Below are positions 1 to 12,360 of a stretch of 64,000 bases of DNA, piece by piece (the first letter of the stretch is position 1; each line of letters opens with the position of its first letter). Origin of the DNA: Eledone cirrhosa (taxonomy: Eukaryota). The stretch lies in assembly GCA_964016885.1 (NCBI GenBank), contig OZ024759.1, positions 62,001-126,000 on the forward strand, given 5' to 3'. A program made the position numbers and the translations under genes. The notes beneath the pieces are model-generated. The model did not search any database and was not told where the DNA came from. It was given only the letters and a program-made list of their open reading frames with translations.

Positions 1-578
1 CAATCCTTAATAAGAATACCATTAGACTCTCTTACTCTACCACACCTAATCTAGCTAGAAACTTAGCCAACAACAACATCAAGAAGCTAAATAAGTCTAC
101 TTTTTCCGAAGCCCATCCAGCAACCGATAGCAACTGCAATTGCCCTGATAAGACTACCTGCCCTCTCAACAACAACTGTCTAAAAAAAGATCTCGTGTAT
201 ACATGCGATGTACTCTCAGGCCCGGATGAAAAAAGAAACTCGTACATCGGGATGACTTCTAACAGTTTTAAGACTCGCTGGTACGCCCACACACATTCGT
301 TCCGGCGCCCAGACAAATCTAACCAAACAACACTCGCCGCCCACATCTGGCACCTAAAAAGGAACTCCATCCCCTTCAAGACCCAATGGAGACTACTCCA
401 GAGAGCGCGATCATACACGGGAGGCCATAATTGCTGTGACCTCTGTATCTCCGAGAGCTATGAGATTCTATTCGCCAAAGGCCCTCTCCTCAACAAGATC
501 TCGGAACACTCCCCTAATTGCATGCACAAGAACTATGCAAATTACAAAAACTACAGACCCACCAGGCCCCGCGACTGA
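1..578 (+). mobile_element. Penelope-like element, C-terminal part of ORF (linker, Cys motif, GIY-YIG endonuclease); runs off the window start
   Basis: Frame open from 3 to the stop at 576-578: ILNKNTIRLSYSTTPNL...CNCPDKTTCPLNNNCL...VYTC...YIGMT..FKTRW..H...TTLAAHIWHLK...CDLCISE...LLNK..E..PNCMH. This is the typical PLE (Neptune-like) GIY-YIG domain. Confidence 0.9.
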
Positions 579-819
579 GCCCCCCCCATACCACCACCCC
601 ACCCCCGTCCCCCATCCCACTTCCATCCCTCCATCTCTCATTATTACCCTCTTTCCTCCCCTCTATCTCTCATTATTACCTTCTTTCCTCCCCTCCAGGT
701 CTTATATATTGTGTTGTATGCCTCTGAGTAAAGTTCCGTGGCCGCACACACAAATTCACGTACATACCTGCTCATGTTTGCATACGTGCAGTTATGAACT
801 GCTGCACGCACACGTTCAT

Positions 820-1017
820 GATTTATTTATCTATTTAACTGTATATTTATTTATTTATTTATTTATTTTATTTATTTATTTAGTTATTTTATTTACTTAT
901 TTATTTATTTATCCATTTATTTATTTATTTGTTTATTTATTTACTTATTTACTGGTTTATTTGTTTATCTGTTTGTTTGTTTGTTAGTTAACTCATTCAT
1001 TTATTTATTAATTTATG
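820..1017. repeat. Degenerate (TTTA)n microsatellite
   Basis: Direct reading. Confidence 0.9.
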
Positions 1018-1091
1018 AGTGAATGATTAGGTAATGAATAGATAAGGGATAAAAGATAGGTAACGAATAGCGAATGGTAAATAATAAGTAA

Positions 1092-2630
1092 TCTATATAT
1101 ATAAAACTGGTTGTCTGTCTGTCTATCGATTTTTGGCACACATCTCCTCTTAGAATCTCTCACGGAATTGCACCGAAATTGCTATACTTGTACATTGAGC
1201 CCTAGCGAAGACATCGGAAAAAAAATATTTCAAATTGACCCGCCCTATCTGACGAAATCGAATATAATGTATCGATTTTTGAGCGTAAGTGATCAGTTAT
1301 TTCCCTTTGTTCTGTTTACATTGAGCGTCTGCGTGCAAAAATTAAAAAAAAATTACGCTGGCTTTCTCAGCATTTAAAATGACATTAACACAATAATTTT
1401 TACTTGAAAACAAGTCTATTTAAAGACTACGTAAAACAAGCAAATATTTCGTAAAAAAAAGCAAAAATTATATAAGTTTATTTAAAATATATGTATTTAT
1501 GAACTGATAAATAATAGATAAATAAATCATGAACATGTGCGTGCAGCAGTTCATAAAATATATGTATCTGTAAATTTCGTTACGCGTGCAGTCAGTTTTA
1601 TATATATAGATGATAAACAATAATATCCTCTATGAGGTCACTAAACCTGCTAGAAACAGCAGCTAACTCTCCCTCATATCACACCACTCCCTACTGTCTT
1701 AAATTTAGAAAACATATCCTCTATGAGGTCACTAAACCTGCTAGAAACAGCAGCTAACTCTCCCCCATATCACACCCCTCTCTACTGTCTTAAATTTAGA
1801 AAACACATATCTTCTATGAGGTCACTAAACCTGCTAGAAACAGCAGCTAACTCTCCCTCATATCACACCACTCCCTACTGTCTTAAATTTAGAAAACACA
1901 TATCCTCTATTAGGTCACTAAATCTGCTAGAAACAGCAGCTAACTCTCCCTCATATCACACCCCTCCCTACTGTCTTAAATTTAGAAAACATATCCTCTA
2001 TGAGGTCACTAAACCTGCTAGAAACAGCAGCTAACTCTCCCCCATATCACACCCCTCTCTACTGTCTTAAATTTAGAAAACATATCTTCTATGAGGTCAC
2101 TAAACCTGCTAGAAACAGCAGCTAACTCTCCCTCATATCACACCACTCCCTACTGTCTTAAATTTAGAAAACACATATCCTCTATGAGGTCACTAAACCT
2201 GCTAGAAACAGCAGCTAACTCTCCCTCATATCACACCACTCCCTACTGTCTTAAATTTAGAAAACACATATCCTCTATGAGGTCACTAAACCTGCTAGAA
2301 ACAACAGCTAACTCTCCCTCATATCACAACCCTCCCTACTGTCTTAAATTTAGAAAACACACAGACAACCATGCAGAACAACTCCATCGCAGCTCTGTTG
2401 TTCGGCTGGCATCGTCTACTCGCGTGTTGCGCAAGTACTGTGAAACAATAAATTTCAACACTTTTTTGCACAGAGATAATATCCATAGGCGAAACTCCAA
2501 TTGTCACTGCTGGCACAGCTCATGCTTCCAGGTCTGCAGTTCATTCACCCAGTGCCTGGCAGACAAAAAAGTGCTGCAACCTAACTTTGGTAACTTAATG
2601 ACCCCGAGCAACGCCGGGCTTTAATGCTAG
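1092..2630 (+). mobile_element. Non-autonomous Helitron
   Basis: 5' end TCTATATATATAAAA at 1092, preceded by A. 3' GC hairpin CCCG-A-GC-AAC-GC-CGGG (2603-2618) lies 8 nt before the terminal CTAG (2627-2630), which is followed by T. A|T target with no TSD; no Rep/Hel ORF. Confidence 0.85.
1623..2360. repeat. Minisatellite, 8 copies of a 91/93-bp unit inside the Helitron
   Basis: TAT(G/T)AGGTCACTAAA recurs at 1631, 1722, 1815, 1908, 1999, 2090, 2183 and 2276. Confidence 0.95.
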
Positions 2631-2771
2631 TAGATAATAAATAATAAATAGTAATTAATTACTTGATGATAATATTAATAACTTAATAGTGACATTAATT
2701 ATTTTAATCCTCTATCAGGCCCAGTTTAAATTTAAAATTTAAAATTCGTCCCACTACCTCATATTATAGAC

Positions 2772-3134
2772 ACACGTATGAGTGCGAACGCGTGCGTGTT
2801 TGTGCATATGCGTTTATGTGTACTTATTTGTATGTATGTATGTGTATGCATGCGTGTTTGCTTGTAAATGTGTATGTGTGTGTATGTATATATGTATGTG
2901 TGTATATGTATGTATGTGTGTATGTATATATATATGTATATGTGTATAAGTATATATATATATATATGAGATTATATATGTATGTGTGTGTGTATGTGTA
3001 TATATGTATATATATGTGTGAATGTATGTGTTTGTGTGTGTGTGTGTATGTATGTGTATGTATGTGTGTGTATATGTATGTATGTATGTGTATGTATAGT
3101 ATAGTTTACAGGAGAGAGACGTATGTACATGTAG

Positions 3135-3180
<46 letters not shown>

Positions 3181-3334
3181 ACATATATATGTATGTATAT
3201 ATGCATGTGTATGCGCACGTGTGTATGTGTAGATATATATGTGTGTGTATGTGTATGCGTGTGTGTGTGTATATTTGTGTGTTTGTGTTTTTCTTGTGTA
3301 TATATGTATATATGTGTATGTGTATACGCACACA

Positions 3335-3389
<55 letters not shown>

Positions 3390-3414
3390 ATGTGTGTGTG
3401 AATGTGTAGGTGTG

Positions 3415-3460
<46 letters not shown>

Positions 3461-3505
3461 TATGTATATGTGTGTAAGTGTTTATGTATGTGGTTGTGAG
3501 TATGT
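2772..3505. repeat. Degenerate (TA)/(TG) compound microsatellite
   Basis: Direct reading. Similar tracts at ~9390-9870, 11040-11480, 13920-14140, 18487-18755 and 20980-21130. Confidence 0.9.
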
Positions 3506-3890
3506 AAATATATTTTATTCTTTCCATTCTACAAAAACACTCTGGCCACCTGTGGCTTGTATGTTAACTTGACCACTCACCCCAGTCTGTGCCATGATTC
3601 GGTCTTGTTTATCTTCTATTACCAACCCCCTAAAAAATTTCCCTACTATATATCTGTTGAATTACTTTTTTTTATTTATTTATTTTTTATTTTTTATTTA
3701 TTTATTCATTTATTTATTTATTTACTTATTTATTTATTTCAAAAAGCACTCTGGCTAATTGACCACTACCCAAAGAAAAAACGGCCTGTGCCATGAAGTG
3801 GTCCTATGTATCTAAATACCCCCCCCAAATCCCCCACCCCTCCCTTACCACTACCTAAATATATAAATACCAGAACTTAATATGACACCC

Positions 3891-3941
3891 AGCTTCCTGA
3901 AGATTTCATCTGAATGAAACAGTACTAGTCCTGTAGAAGCT
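3891..3941 (+). ncRNA. Type I hammerhead ribozyme motif (PLE terminal repeat)
   Basis: Stem I AGCTTC/GAAGCT, core CTGAAGA (3897), weak stem II TTCA/TGAA, GAAA (3916), stem III ACAG/CTGT with palindromic ACTAGT in the loop, cleavage triplet GTA (3933-3935). Confidence 0.75.
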
Positions 3942-4028
3942 CCTTCTATAAAATAAAAAAATTTTACTCTGCCATGTATTGAGTACCTTACTTACTGTGG
4001 TTATCCCCGACTCAACCCGGGACCTACG

Positions 4029-4066
<38 letters not shown>

Positions 4067-4067
4067 T

Positions 4068-4414
4068 GGAGGCACATGGCTTAGTGGTTAGAACATTGGG
4101 CTTGCAATCGAAAGGTTGTGAGTTCAATTCTCAGACAGGGTGATGTGTTGTTTCCTTGAGCAAGACACTTTATTTCACATTGCTCCAGTTTACTCAGCTG
4201 TAGAAATGATATGATAGGGACTGGGGTCCCTATGGTCCCTATCATTCCACTGCAAAGTGGTCGTGAAGGTGCCACGGCAAAAAAGCACCCAGCACTCACT
4301 GTAATTGAGGTTGGTGTTAGGAAGGGCATCCAGCTGTAGAAATCAAGCCAGAATCAGTTCCCGTCCCACCCTTGCAAGCAGGGAAAAGCGGACGTAATAT
4401 GAAATGATGATGAT
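4068..4414 (+). mobile_element. tRNA-derived SINE with RTE-derived tail (family A)
   Basis: A box TGGCTTAGTGG (4077), B box GAGTTCAATTC (4120), tail GGTTGGTGTTAGGAAGGGCATCCAGCTGTAGAAA...GGACGTAA(ATG)n. The tail is shared with RTE 3' ends here; further copies at 21592 and 30525. Confidence 0.85.
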
Positions 4415-4557
4415 GTCTATGTGTATATATATATATATGTCTATGTGTATATATATATATATATATATATGTCTATGTGTATATATATATATATATGTCT
4501 ATGTGTATATATATATATACATGTCTATGTGTATATATATATATATATATATATGTC

Positions 4558-4588
<31 letters not shown>

Positions 4589-5212
4589 GTCTATGTGTAT
4601 ATATATATATATATATGTCTATGTGTATATATATATATATATGTCTATGTGTATATATATATATATATATATGTCTATGTGTATATATATATATATATAT
4701 ATGTCTATGTGTATATATATATATATATATATGTCTATGTATATATATATATATATATGTCTATGTGTATGTATATATATGTCTATGTGTATGTATATAT
4801 ATATATGTCTATGTGTATATATATATATATATGTCTATGTGTATATATATATATATATATGTCTATGTGTATATATATATATATATATATGTCTATGTGT
4901 ATATATATATATATATATATATGTCTATGTGTATATATATATATATATATATGTCTATGTATATATATATATATATATGTCTATGTGTATGTATATATAT
5001 ATATGTCTATGTGTATGTATATATATATATGTCTATGTGTATGTATATATATATATGTCTGTGTATATATATATATATATGTCTATGTGTATGTATATAT
5101 ATATATGTCTATGTGTATATATATATATATATATATGTCTATGTGTATATATATATATATATATATGTCTATGTGTATATATATATATATATATATGTCT
5201 ATGTGTATGTAT
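4415..5212. repeat. Compound microsatellite array [GTCTATGTGT(AT)n]
   Basis: Direct reading. Confidence 0.95.
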
Positions 5213-5275
5213 ATCACTCAGTCAAAGCGACCAAATTTCAACCCAGCAACTACAACATCAACAACACCACTGTCT

Positions 5276-5319
<44 letters not shown>

Positions 5320-7436
5320 TTGAAATGAACATCAAGAGGAACAACAACATCAACTGCCACCACCACCACCACCAACACCACCACCATCACCAACACCACC
5401 ACCACCACCACCATCAACTGCCACCACCACCACCACCACCACCAACACCACCATCACCACCACCACCACCACCACCACCACCACCACCACCACCACCACC
5501 ATCACCACCACCACCACCACCACCACCACCACCACCACCAACACCACCACCACCACTACCACCACCAACACCACCAACACCACCAACACCACCACCAACA
5601 CCACCACCACCACCACCATCACCAACACCACCACCACCACCACCAACACCACCACCACCAACACCACCATCACCAACACCACCAACACCACCACCACCAC
5701 CACCATCACCAACACCACCACCACCACCACCATCAACTGCCACCACCACCACCAACAGCACCACCACCAACACCACCATCACCACCACCAACACCACCAC
5801 CACCACCACCACCACCACCACCACCACCACCACCAACACCACCACCATCACCAACACCACCAACACCAACACCACCACCAACACCATCACCAACACCACC
5901 ATCACCACCACCACCACCACCATCACCATCACCACCACCACCACCACCATCACCAACACCACCACCACCACCACCACCAACACCACCACCACCACCAACA
6001 CCACCATCACCAACACCACCAACACCACCACCACCACCATCCACCATCCATCACCAACACCACCATCACCACCACCACCACCACCATCACCAACACCACC
6101 ACCATCCACCATCCATCACCAACACCACCATCACCACCACCACCATCACCAACACCAACACCACCATCACCAACACCACCACCACCATCCACCATCCATC
6201 ACCAACACCACCATCACCACCACCACCACCACCAACACCACCACCATCACCAACACCACCACCACCACCACCACCACCAACACCACCACCACCACCACCA
6301 CCACCATCACCAACACCACCATCACCACCACCACCACCACCATCACCAACACCACCAACACCACTACCATCACCAACACCACCAACACCACCACCATCAC
6401 CAACACCACCAACACCAACACCACCACCAACACCATCACCAACACCACCATCACCACCACCACCACCACCATCACCAACACCACCAACACCACTACCATC
6501 ACCAACACCACCAACACCAACACCACCACCATCACCACCATCACCACCACCACCACCATCACCACCACCACCAACACCACCACCACCACCACCACCACCA
6601 ACACCACCACCACCACCACCATCACCAACACCACCATCACCACCACCACCACCACCATCACCAACACCACCAACACCACCATCACCACCACCACCACCAC
6701 CACCACCACCACCACCACCACCACCACCATCACCAACACCACCACCACCACCACCACCACCACCACCATCACCAACACCACCACCACCACCACCACCACC
6801 ACCACCAACACCACCACCACCACCACCACCACCACCATCACCAACACCACCACCACCACCACCACCACCATCACCAACACCACCACCACCACCACCACCA
6901 CCATCACCAACACCACCACCACCACCACCACCACCATCACCAACACCACCACCACCACCACCACCACCACCACCAACACCACCACCACCACCACCAACAC
7001 CACCACCACCACCACCACCACCATCACCAACACCACCACCACCACCACCACCACCAACACCACCACCACCACCACCACCACCATCACCAACACCACCAAC
7101 ACCAACACCACCACCAACACCATCACCAACACCACCATCACCACCACCACCACCACCACCACCACCATCACCAACACCACCACCACCACCACCACCACCA
7201 ACACCACCACCACCACCACCACCACCATCACCAACACCACCAACACCAACACCACCACCAACACCATCACCAACACCACCATCACCACCACCACCACCAC
7301 CAACACCACCACCACCACCACCACCACCACCACCATCACCAACACCACCAACACCACCACCATCACCAACACCACCAACACCACTACCATCACCAACACC
7401 ACCAACACCACCACCATCCATCACCATCACCATCAC
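5276..7436. repeat. (CAG)14 followed by a ~2.1 kb CAC/CAA/CAT triplet array
   Basis: Direct reading. It generates the spurious poly-T/P/H/G/V ORFs. Confidence 0.95.
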
Positions 7437-7482
7437 CTGCGATCGAGCCTTAATAGAACAACAACTACAATAATAATTATTA

Positions 7483-7580
7483 TTCTGTTTTTGGCACGGG
7501 GCAGCGATTGTCCCAGCGCATTGCTGGTGCCTTGTTTTGGGCCCGGAGCGTGGAGGGCCGTAGCTCTATGCTGTAAAGCA
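7483..7580 (-). mobile_element. Internally deleted SINE family B copy with dense A-to-G (plus strand) substitutions
   Basis: Aligns to the copies at 12143, 22172 and to the reverse complement of 48675-48892. Confidence 0.75.
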
Positions 7581-8164
7581 AACAATTATTATTATTATAT
7601 AAAAACTGAACTGTAAAAGTCAACAGTTGACATGATCTTGTATCAGTACTGATGGTAATATATGTATGTGTGTGTGTTTGTATGCATGAGTGTGTGAGTG
7701 TGTGTGGCGTGTGTTTCTATGTATGAGTGTTGGTGTGTGAGTGTGTGTGTGTGAGTGGCGTGTGTGTGTTTGTATGCATGAGTGTTGGTGTGTGAGTGTG
7801 TGTCGTACGTATGAGTGTCAGTAAGTGATTATTTTTTTTTTTTTTTTTTTGCCCGCGGGGACATAGAAATAGTCGGGCTGGACACCCGATCGCGTAGTTA
7901 ACCCACTGGGAGTGAAGAACCCCTAGCCTTTGTCAGGGCTTTCTCCTAGGAGAAGGCACCTCAGGAAACTGGGTTAACTCCGACATAAAACCTGCGGCTC
8001 AGTAGTTACCAATGCTGTTGATCCGTTCTTCTTTTCGGGTTATAGCTACTGTCGCTCAGAGTGGGATTGGCTCAGTGCACAGTCCTTCCTCACTTTAAAA
8101 ATATTCTTCACGCACAGGCATTGCACGATTGCATTAATTAATATTTATTAATAGTGTTATTATT

Positions 8165-9281
8165 ATTGTTATTATTGTTATGACCATGCTGTAAAATGGA
8201 GGGGCAGGCAGAGAGGGCCCATGAGTCCAGTAAGACATCCTCTCTAGTGCTGGTGGCACGAATAAAAGAACCCAGTCCATGCTGTAAAGTGACACTGGTG
8301 TTAGGAAGGGCATCCAACCAGTGTATCAATGCCATAACAATTATGAGGACAACAACAAATAAATATCGCAATAACTGCGTAAACAGCAATAACACTAACC
8401 ATGTTAGGGCTGAGCACGGTAGTGGGGTGGCTGGTGCGGCCATGTGCGAGAACTCTCCGACTGTCTTCAAGCAATCGCACAACAGGAACAAGAACAAGAA
8501 TATGAAGACGTCGCATCTCAGAGTTGCCACACTTAATGTTGGCACTCTCACAGGTAGATCTGGTGAGATAGCGGAGATGCTGGAGAGAAGACAGGTGGAT
8601 GTGTCACATCTCAGGGTTGCCACACTTAATGTTGGCACTCTCACAGGTAGATCTGGTGAGATAGCGGAGATGCTGGAGAGAAGACAGGTGGATGTGTCAC
8701 ATCTCAGGGTTGTCACTTAATGTTGGCACTCTCACAGGTAGATCTGGTGAGATAGTGGAGATGCTGGAGAGAAGACAGGTGGATGTGTCACATCTCAGGG
8801 TTGTCACACTTAATGTTGGCACTCTCACAGGTAGATCTGGTGAGATAGTGGAGATGCTGGAGAGAAGACATGTGGATGTGTCGCATCTCAGGGTTGTCAC
8901 ACTTAATGTTGGCACTCTCACAGGTAAATCTGGTGAGATAGTGGAGATGCTGGAGAGAAGACAGGTGGATGTGTCACATCTCAGGGTTGTCACTTAATGT
9001 TGGCACTCTCACAGGTAGATCTGGTGAGATAGTGGAGATGCTGGAGAGAAAACAGGTGGATGTGTCACATCTCAGGGTTGTCACTTAATGTTGGCACTCT
9101 CACAGGTAGATCTGGTGAGATAGTGGAGATGCTGGAGAGAAGACAGGTGGATGTGTCACATCTCAGGGTTGTCACTTAATGTTGGCACTCTCACAGGTAG
9201 ATCTGGTGAGATAGTGGAGATGCTGTGCTGCGTGCAAGAGGTGAGATGGAGAGGTCCCTCTGCGAGACTAGTCGCAGGCAA
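8165..9281 (+). mobile_element. RTE LINE 5' fragment: 5' UTR motif plus APE endonuclease N-terminus
   Basis: LRVATLNVGTLTGRSGEIAEMLERRQVDV followed by CCVQEVRWRGPSARLVAG, the APE start of RTE elements. GGTGTTAGGAAGGGCATCC motif upstream. Confidence 0.85.
8510..9225. repeat. Minisatellite, ~8 copies of a 93/91-bp unit amplified from RTE APE coding sequence
   Basis: Unit starts at 8510, 8603, 8696, 8787, 8880, 8973, 9064 and 9155. Confidence 0.95.
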
Positions 9282-9386
9282 ATAATAAATAAAGATATAA
9301 ATGTTTATAGCTGATTTAGAGCACTCAACAGATTTCCTGGAGCAAATATTCAATGATAATAAACATTTAATAACTTTGTATATAAT

Positions 9387-9438
<52 letters not shown>

Positions 9439-9449
9439 TACATATACAT

Positions 9450-9489
<40 letters not shown>

Positions 9490-9815
9490 TATACACACAC
9501 ACATATACATAAAGTTACATCACCACATAAATAAAAATACACACACACATATATATATACACACATATATATAATTATATACATATATATATATTTATAT
9601 ATACACATATACATAAACAACTATACATACATATACAAACACACACACATATATATATATATACATATATACACATATATATATAAAATTATATATATGT
9701 ATATATATATATACATAAAAATATATATATATAAACAAATATACATACATACACAAACACATATACATAAACGTGCATATTCACGCACAAAAATTACATA
9801 CTCACAAAAGCACGG

Positions 9816-9874
<59 letters not shown>

Positions 9875-9992
9875 GAGGTTATATTTAATTTGTTGGGATT
9901 CAACAAGCTTAAACATTTATATAACTGATATAAAGCACTCAACAGTTTAGTGGAGTAAATACAAAATATATTAATATATTGTATATATATAT

Positions 9993-10338
9993 ATATTGTT
10001 ATACTTTGGGAGGGTCATGTTGCCAATAAGAAACACACGCACCAGTTGCTTTCACTTCAATTTATTATAATAAATTTATAAATTTCCGGTTGGTTGGTTG
10101 GTTCCACAACCGGATAATTATTTATATATTGTCAAAGTTCTTTCTTCACACATTCTGTGACCTCTTCAGTGACTGGGGATTCTTTTCTTTGTTTATGTGC
10201 CTCTCCTTTGTTCTGTCCTACGCCATCTTGTTTTTATAAATTCCTAAATTTCTAAATTTATTATAATAAATTGAAGTGAAAGTAACTGGTGCGTGTGTTT
10301 CTTATTGGCAACATGACCCTCCCAAAGTATAACAATAT
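9993..10338. repeat. Fold-back: 93-bp inverted arms (9993-10085 / 10246-10338), PLE terminal-repeat derived
   Basis: Arms are reverse-complementary with 2 mismatches. The spacer carries a hammerhead motif. (TA)n tracts flank it. Confidence 0.9.
10131..10173 (-). ncRNA. Minimal type I hammerhead motif
   Basis: Minus strand reads GTCA-CTGAAGA-GG-TCACA-GAATG-TGTGA-A-GAAAGAACTT-TGAC. Stem I GTCA/TGAC, stem II TCACA/TGTGA, very short stem III. Confidence 0.6.
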
Positions 10339-10392
10339 CGGTTTCAACACACGTTTTCAGATAAAGAATCTTGCTAAACAAATTCAGAAACG

Positions 10393-10475
<83 letters not shown>

Positions 10476-10696
10476 TACATACATCTACATACATACACAC
10501 AGAAATAAATATCTATAAATAAAAAAGAGGTGGGTGTGTAAAGGGTAAGGTAGAAAGCAGGGGGGAATAAGAAAAATAAATAACATAGGAAAAAAGAGGA
10601 GATAAGGGAGAAAAAGAATATAAGGGTACAGAAATTGACTTCAGAGAGTAATAAAAATTGTAGAGGATGTAAGATGTAAAGAACAAAGAAGAAGTT

Positions 10697-10992
10697 CAAG
10701 GTGGTTGAGTCATCGTAGGAATGTCAATCCAGTTACAGAGCAGATGAGATTTCAGGTGAGGACAACATCTGAAGATCTCGGTCTTGGAGTTAAGGCAAGT
10801 GGAAGTGGCTTTCAAATTTTGTAGAATTCAAAATGTTTCAGTGGTGCACAAAGAACAATTCTTTGTGCCCCTTTGGTATTCCCTCGAATGGTCTAAAATA
10901 GACCAATCGATAGAGTACAGGATGTTTTTGTCTTTGAATTCCCACAACTTATTTGCGAGAGCCGTTGCTGTTCTTTTATCAGAGTGTTTAAA
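10697..10992 (-). mobile_element. Penelope-like element GIY-YIG C-terminal fragment (pseudogenised)
   Basis: Manual translation FKHSDKRTATALANKLWEFKDKNILYSIDWSIL...KNCSLCTTE..*...CLNSKTEIFRCCPH, homologous to the ORF at 3-578. Not in the ORF track because of an internal stop. Confidence 0.8.
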
Positions 10993-11971
10993 TATATCAG
11001 AGTGTTTACAATATATTTATGTTTTTTTATATATAAGTAATTATTTATATATATATGTTTGAATGTGGTTGTATGTATTTTTTCTCATGTATATGTGTAT
11101 GTGAATGTATTTATGTTTTTCGATACCTACATTTATATATATGTACCTATACGTGTGATTGTGAGTATATGCGTGCGTATCAATGTGTATGCATGTGAGT
11201 ATGTATATGTGTGTATATGTGTGTGTTTTTTTATATATATATATATATGTGTGTGTGTATATATATATGTATATATATATATGTGTGTATATATATATGT
11301 ATATATATATGTATGCATACATGTATGTAATTATGTGTGTGCGTATATGTATTTGTATGTATACACTTATCTGTGTATATGTTTGTACTGTATATAATTA
11401 TGTGTGTGTATTTTTCTATGTATGTGTATGTATGTGTGTATGTGTATGCATGTATATATATGTATATATAGATATATATATTTATTTTATTTTGTGCATT
11501 TGCTTACCACGTGTGTTTGTTTATTTTTATTTGTGTCTTTCTCCTCTTCCGTATCGCTGTCAACTTAATAATTTTTTTATTTTCTTATTTTCTATTTTTT
11601 ATATTTGACTTCATTTTGATTTCATGTATATGTATTTTGTCTTAGCATTGAATGTGACTGCTTATTTCAGTATATGTATATGTTTGTTTATTGATTTTTA
11701 TTTATTCTTATAATTATATGTGTGTGTATGTATATATATATATGTATCATCATCATCATCATCATCATTTTACGTCCTCTCTTCCCTGCTTGCAAGGGTG
11801 GGACACACACATATATACATATATATATGTATATGTATGTGTGCGTGTGTGTTTATATACTTATATATTGATTATTCTTTTTCTCCTTTTCTTCTCCTTT
11901 CTCCAGCCTCACTTTCATATTTATTATATTTTTGTTTTTCAAATCCACATTCAATAAAAGCACCAGGATTT

Positions 11972-12031
11972 TTTCATTCTGATGACTGAAAGCAAATTTG
12001 TTTGCTTTCAAGAAACCACTGGTAAATGAAA
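11972..12031 (+). ncRNA. Type I hammerhead ribozyme motif
   Basis: Stem I TTTCATT/AATGAAA (7 bp), CTGATGA (11979), stem II TGAAAGCAAA/TTTGCTTTCA (10 bp, C.A at its base), GAAA (12012), stem III ACC/GGT with near-palindrome ACCACTGGT, cleavage triplet GTA. Confidence 0.85.
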
Positions 12032-12142
12032 TAATTATCTTATGTTGTTTATTACATAACTAATAAGCTCTGTAACCTACATAGAGCACTCCTGGACCTT
12101 TCCGACGGAATTACTTCATATATATATATACATATAGTAATA

Positions 12143-12240
12143 ATTGTTTCTACTTTTGGCACAAGGCCAGCAATTACCCAGTACATTACTGGTACTTTAT
12201 TTTATTGACCCCGTAAGGATGAAAGGCAAAGTTAACCTCA
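12143..12240 (-). mobile_element. SINE family B 3' fragment
   Basis: Matches the reverse complement of the 3' half of 48675-48892. Confidence 0.8.
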
Positions 12241-12360
12241 GGTAATAATAATAAATTTGAAGACTAAAATCCAAGGAGGGCTCGATAAGGATAAATATAT
12301 ATCAAATATATAAGAACACTAGAGCAAATATTTATTACATATATATATATATATATATAT

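Noticed and set aside
1249-1285. CTGACGA followed by an AATCGA/TCGATT hairpin as a hammerhead
   Set aside because: No GAAA after the stem and no stem I or III.
4068-4140. tRNA gene (also 48675-48770)
   Set aside because: A and B boxes are present but there is no cloverleaf; these are SINE heads.
4404-7616. 1070-aa ORF resembling a mucin or polyQ/polyP protein
   Set aside because: Starts in a SINE (ATG)n tail, crosses microsatellites lacking stop codons and ends in a SINE remnant. No domain or splice evidence.
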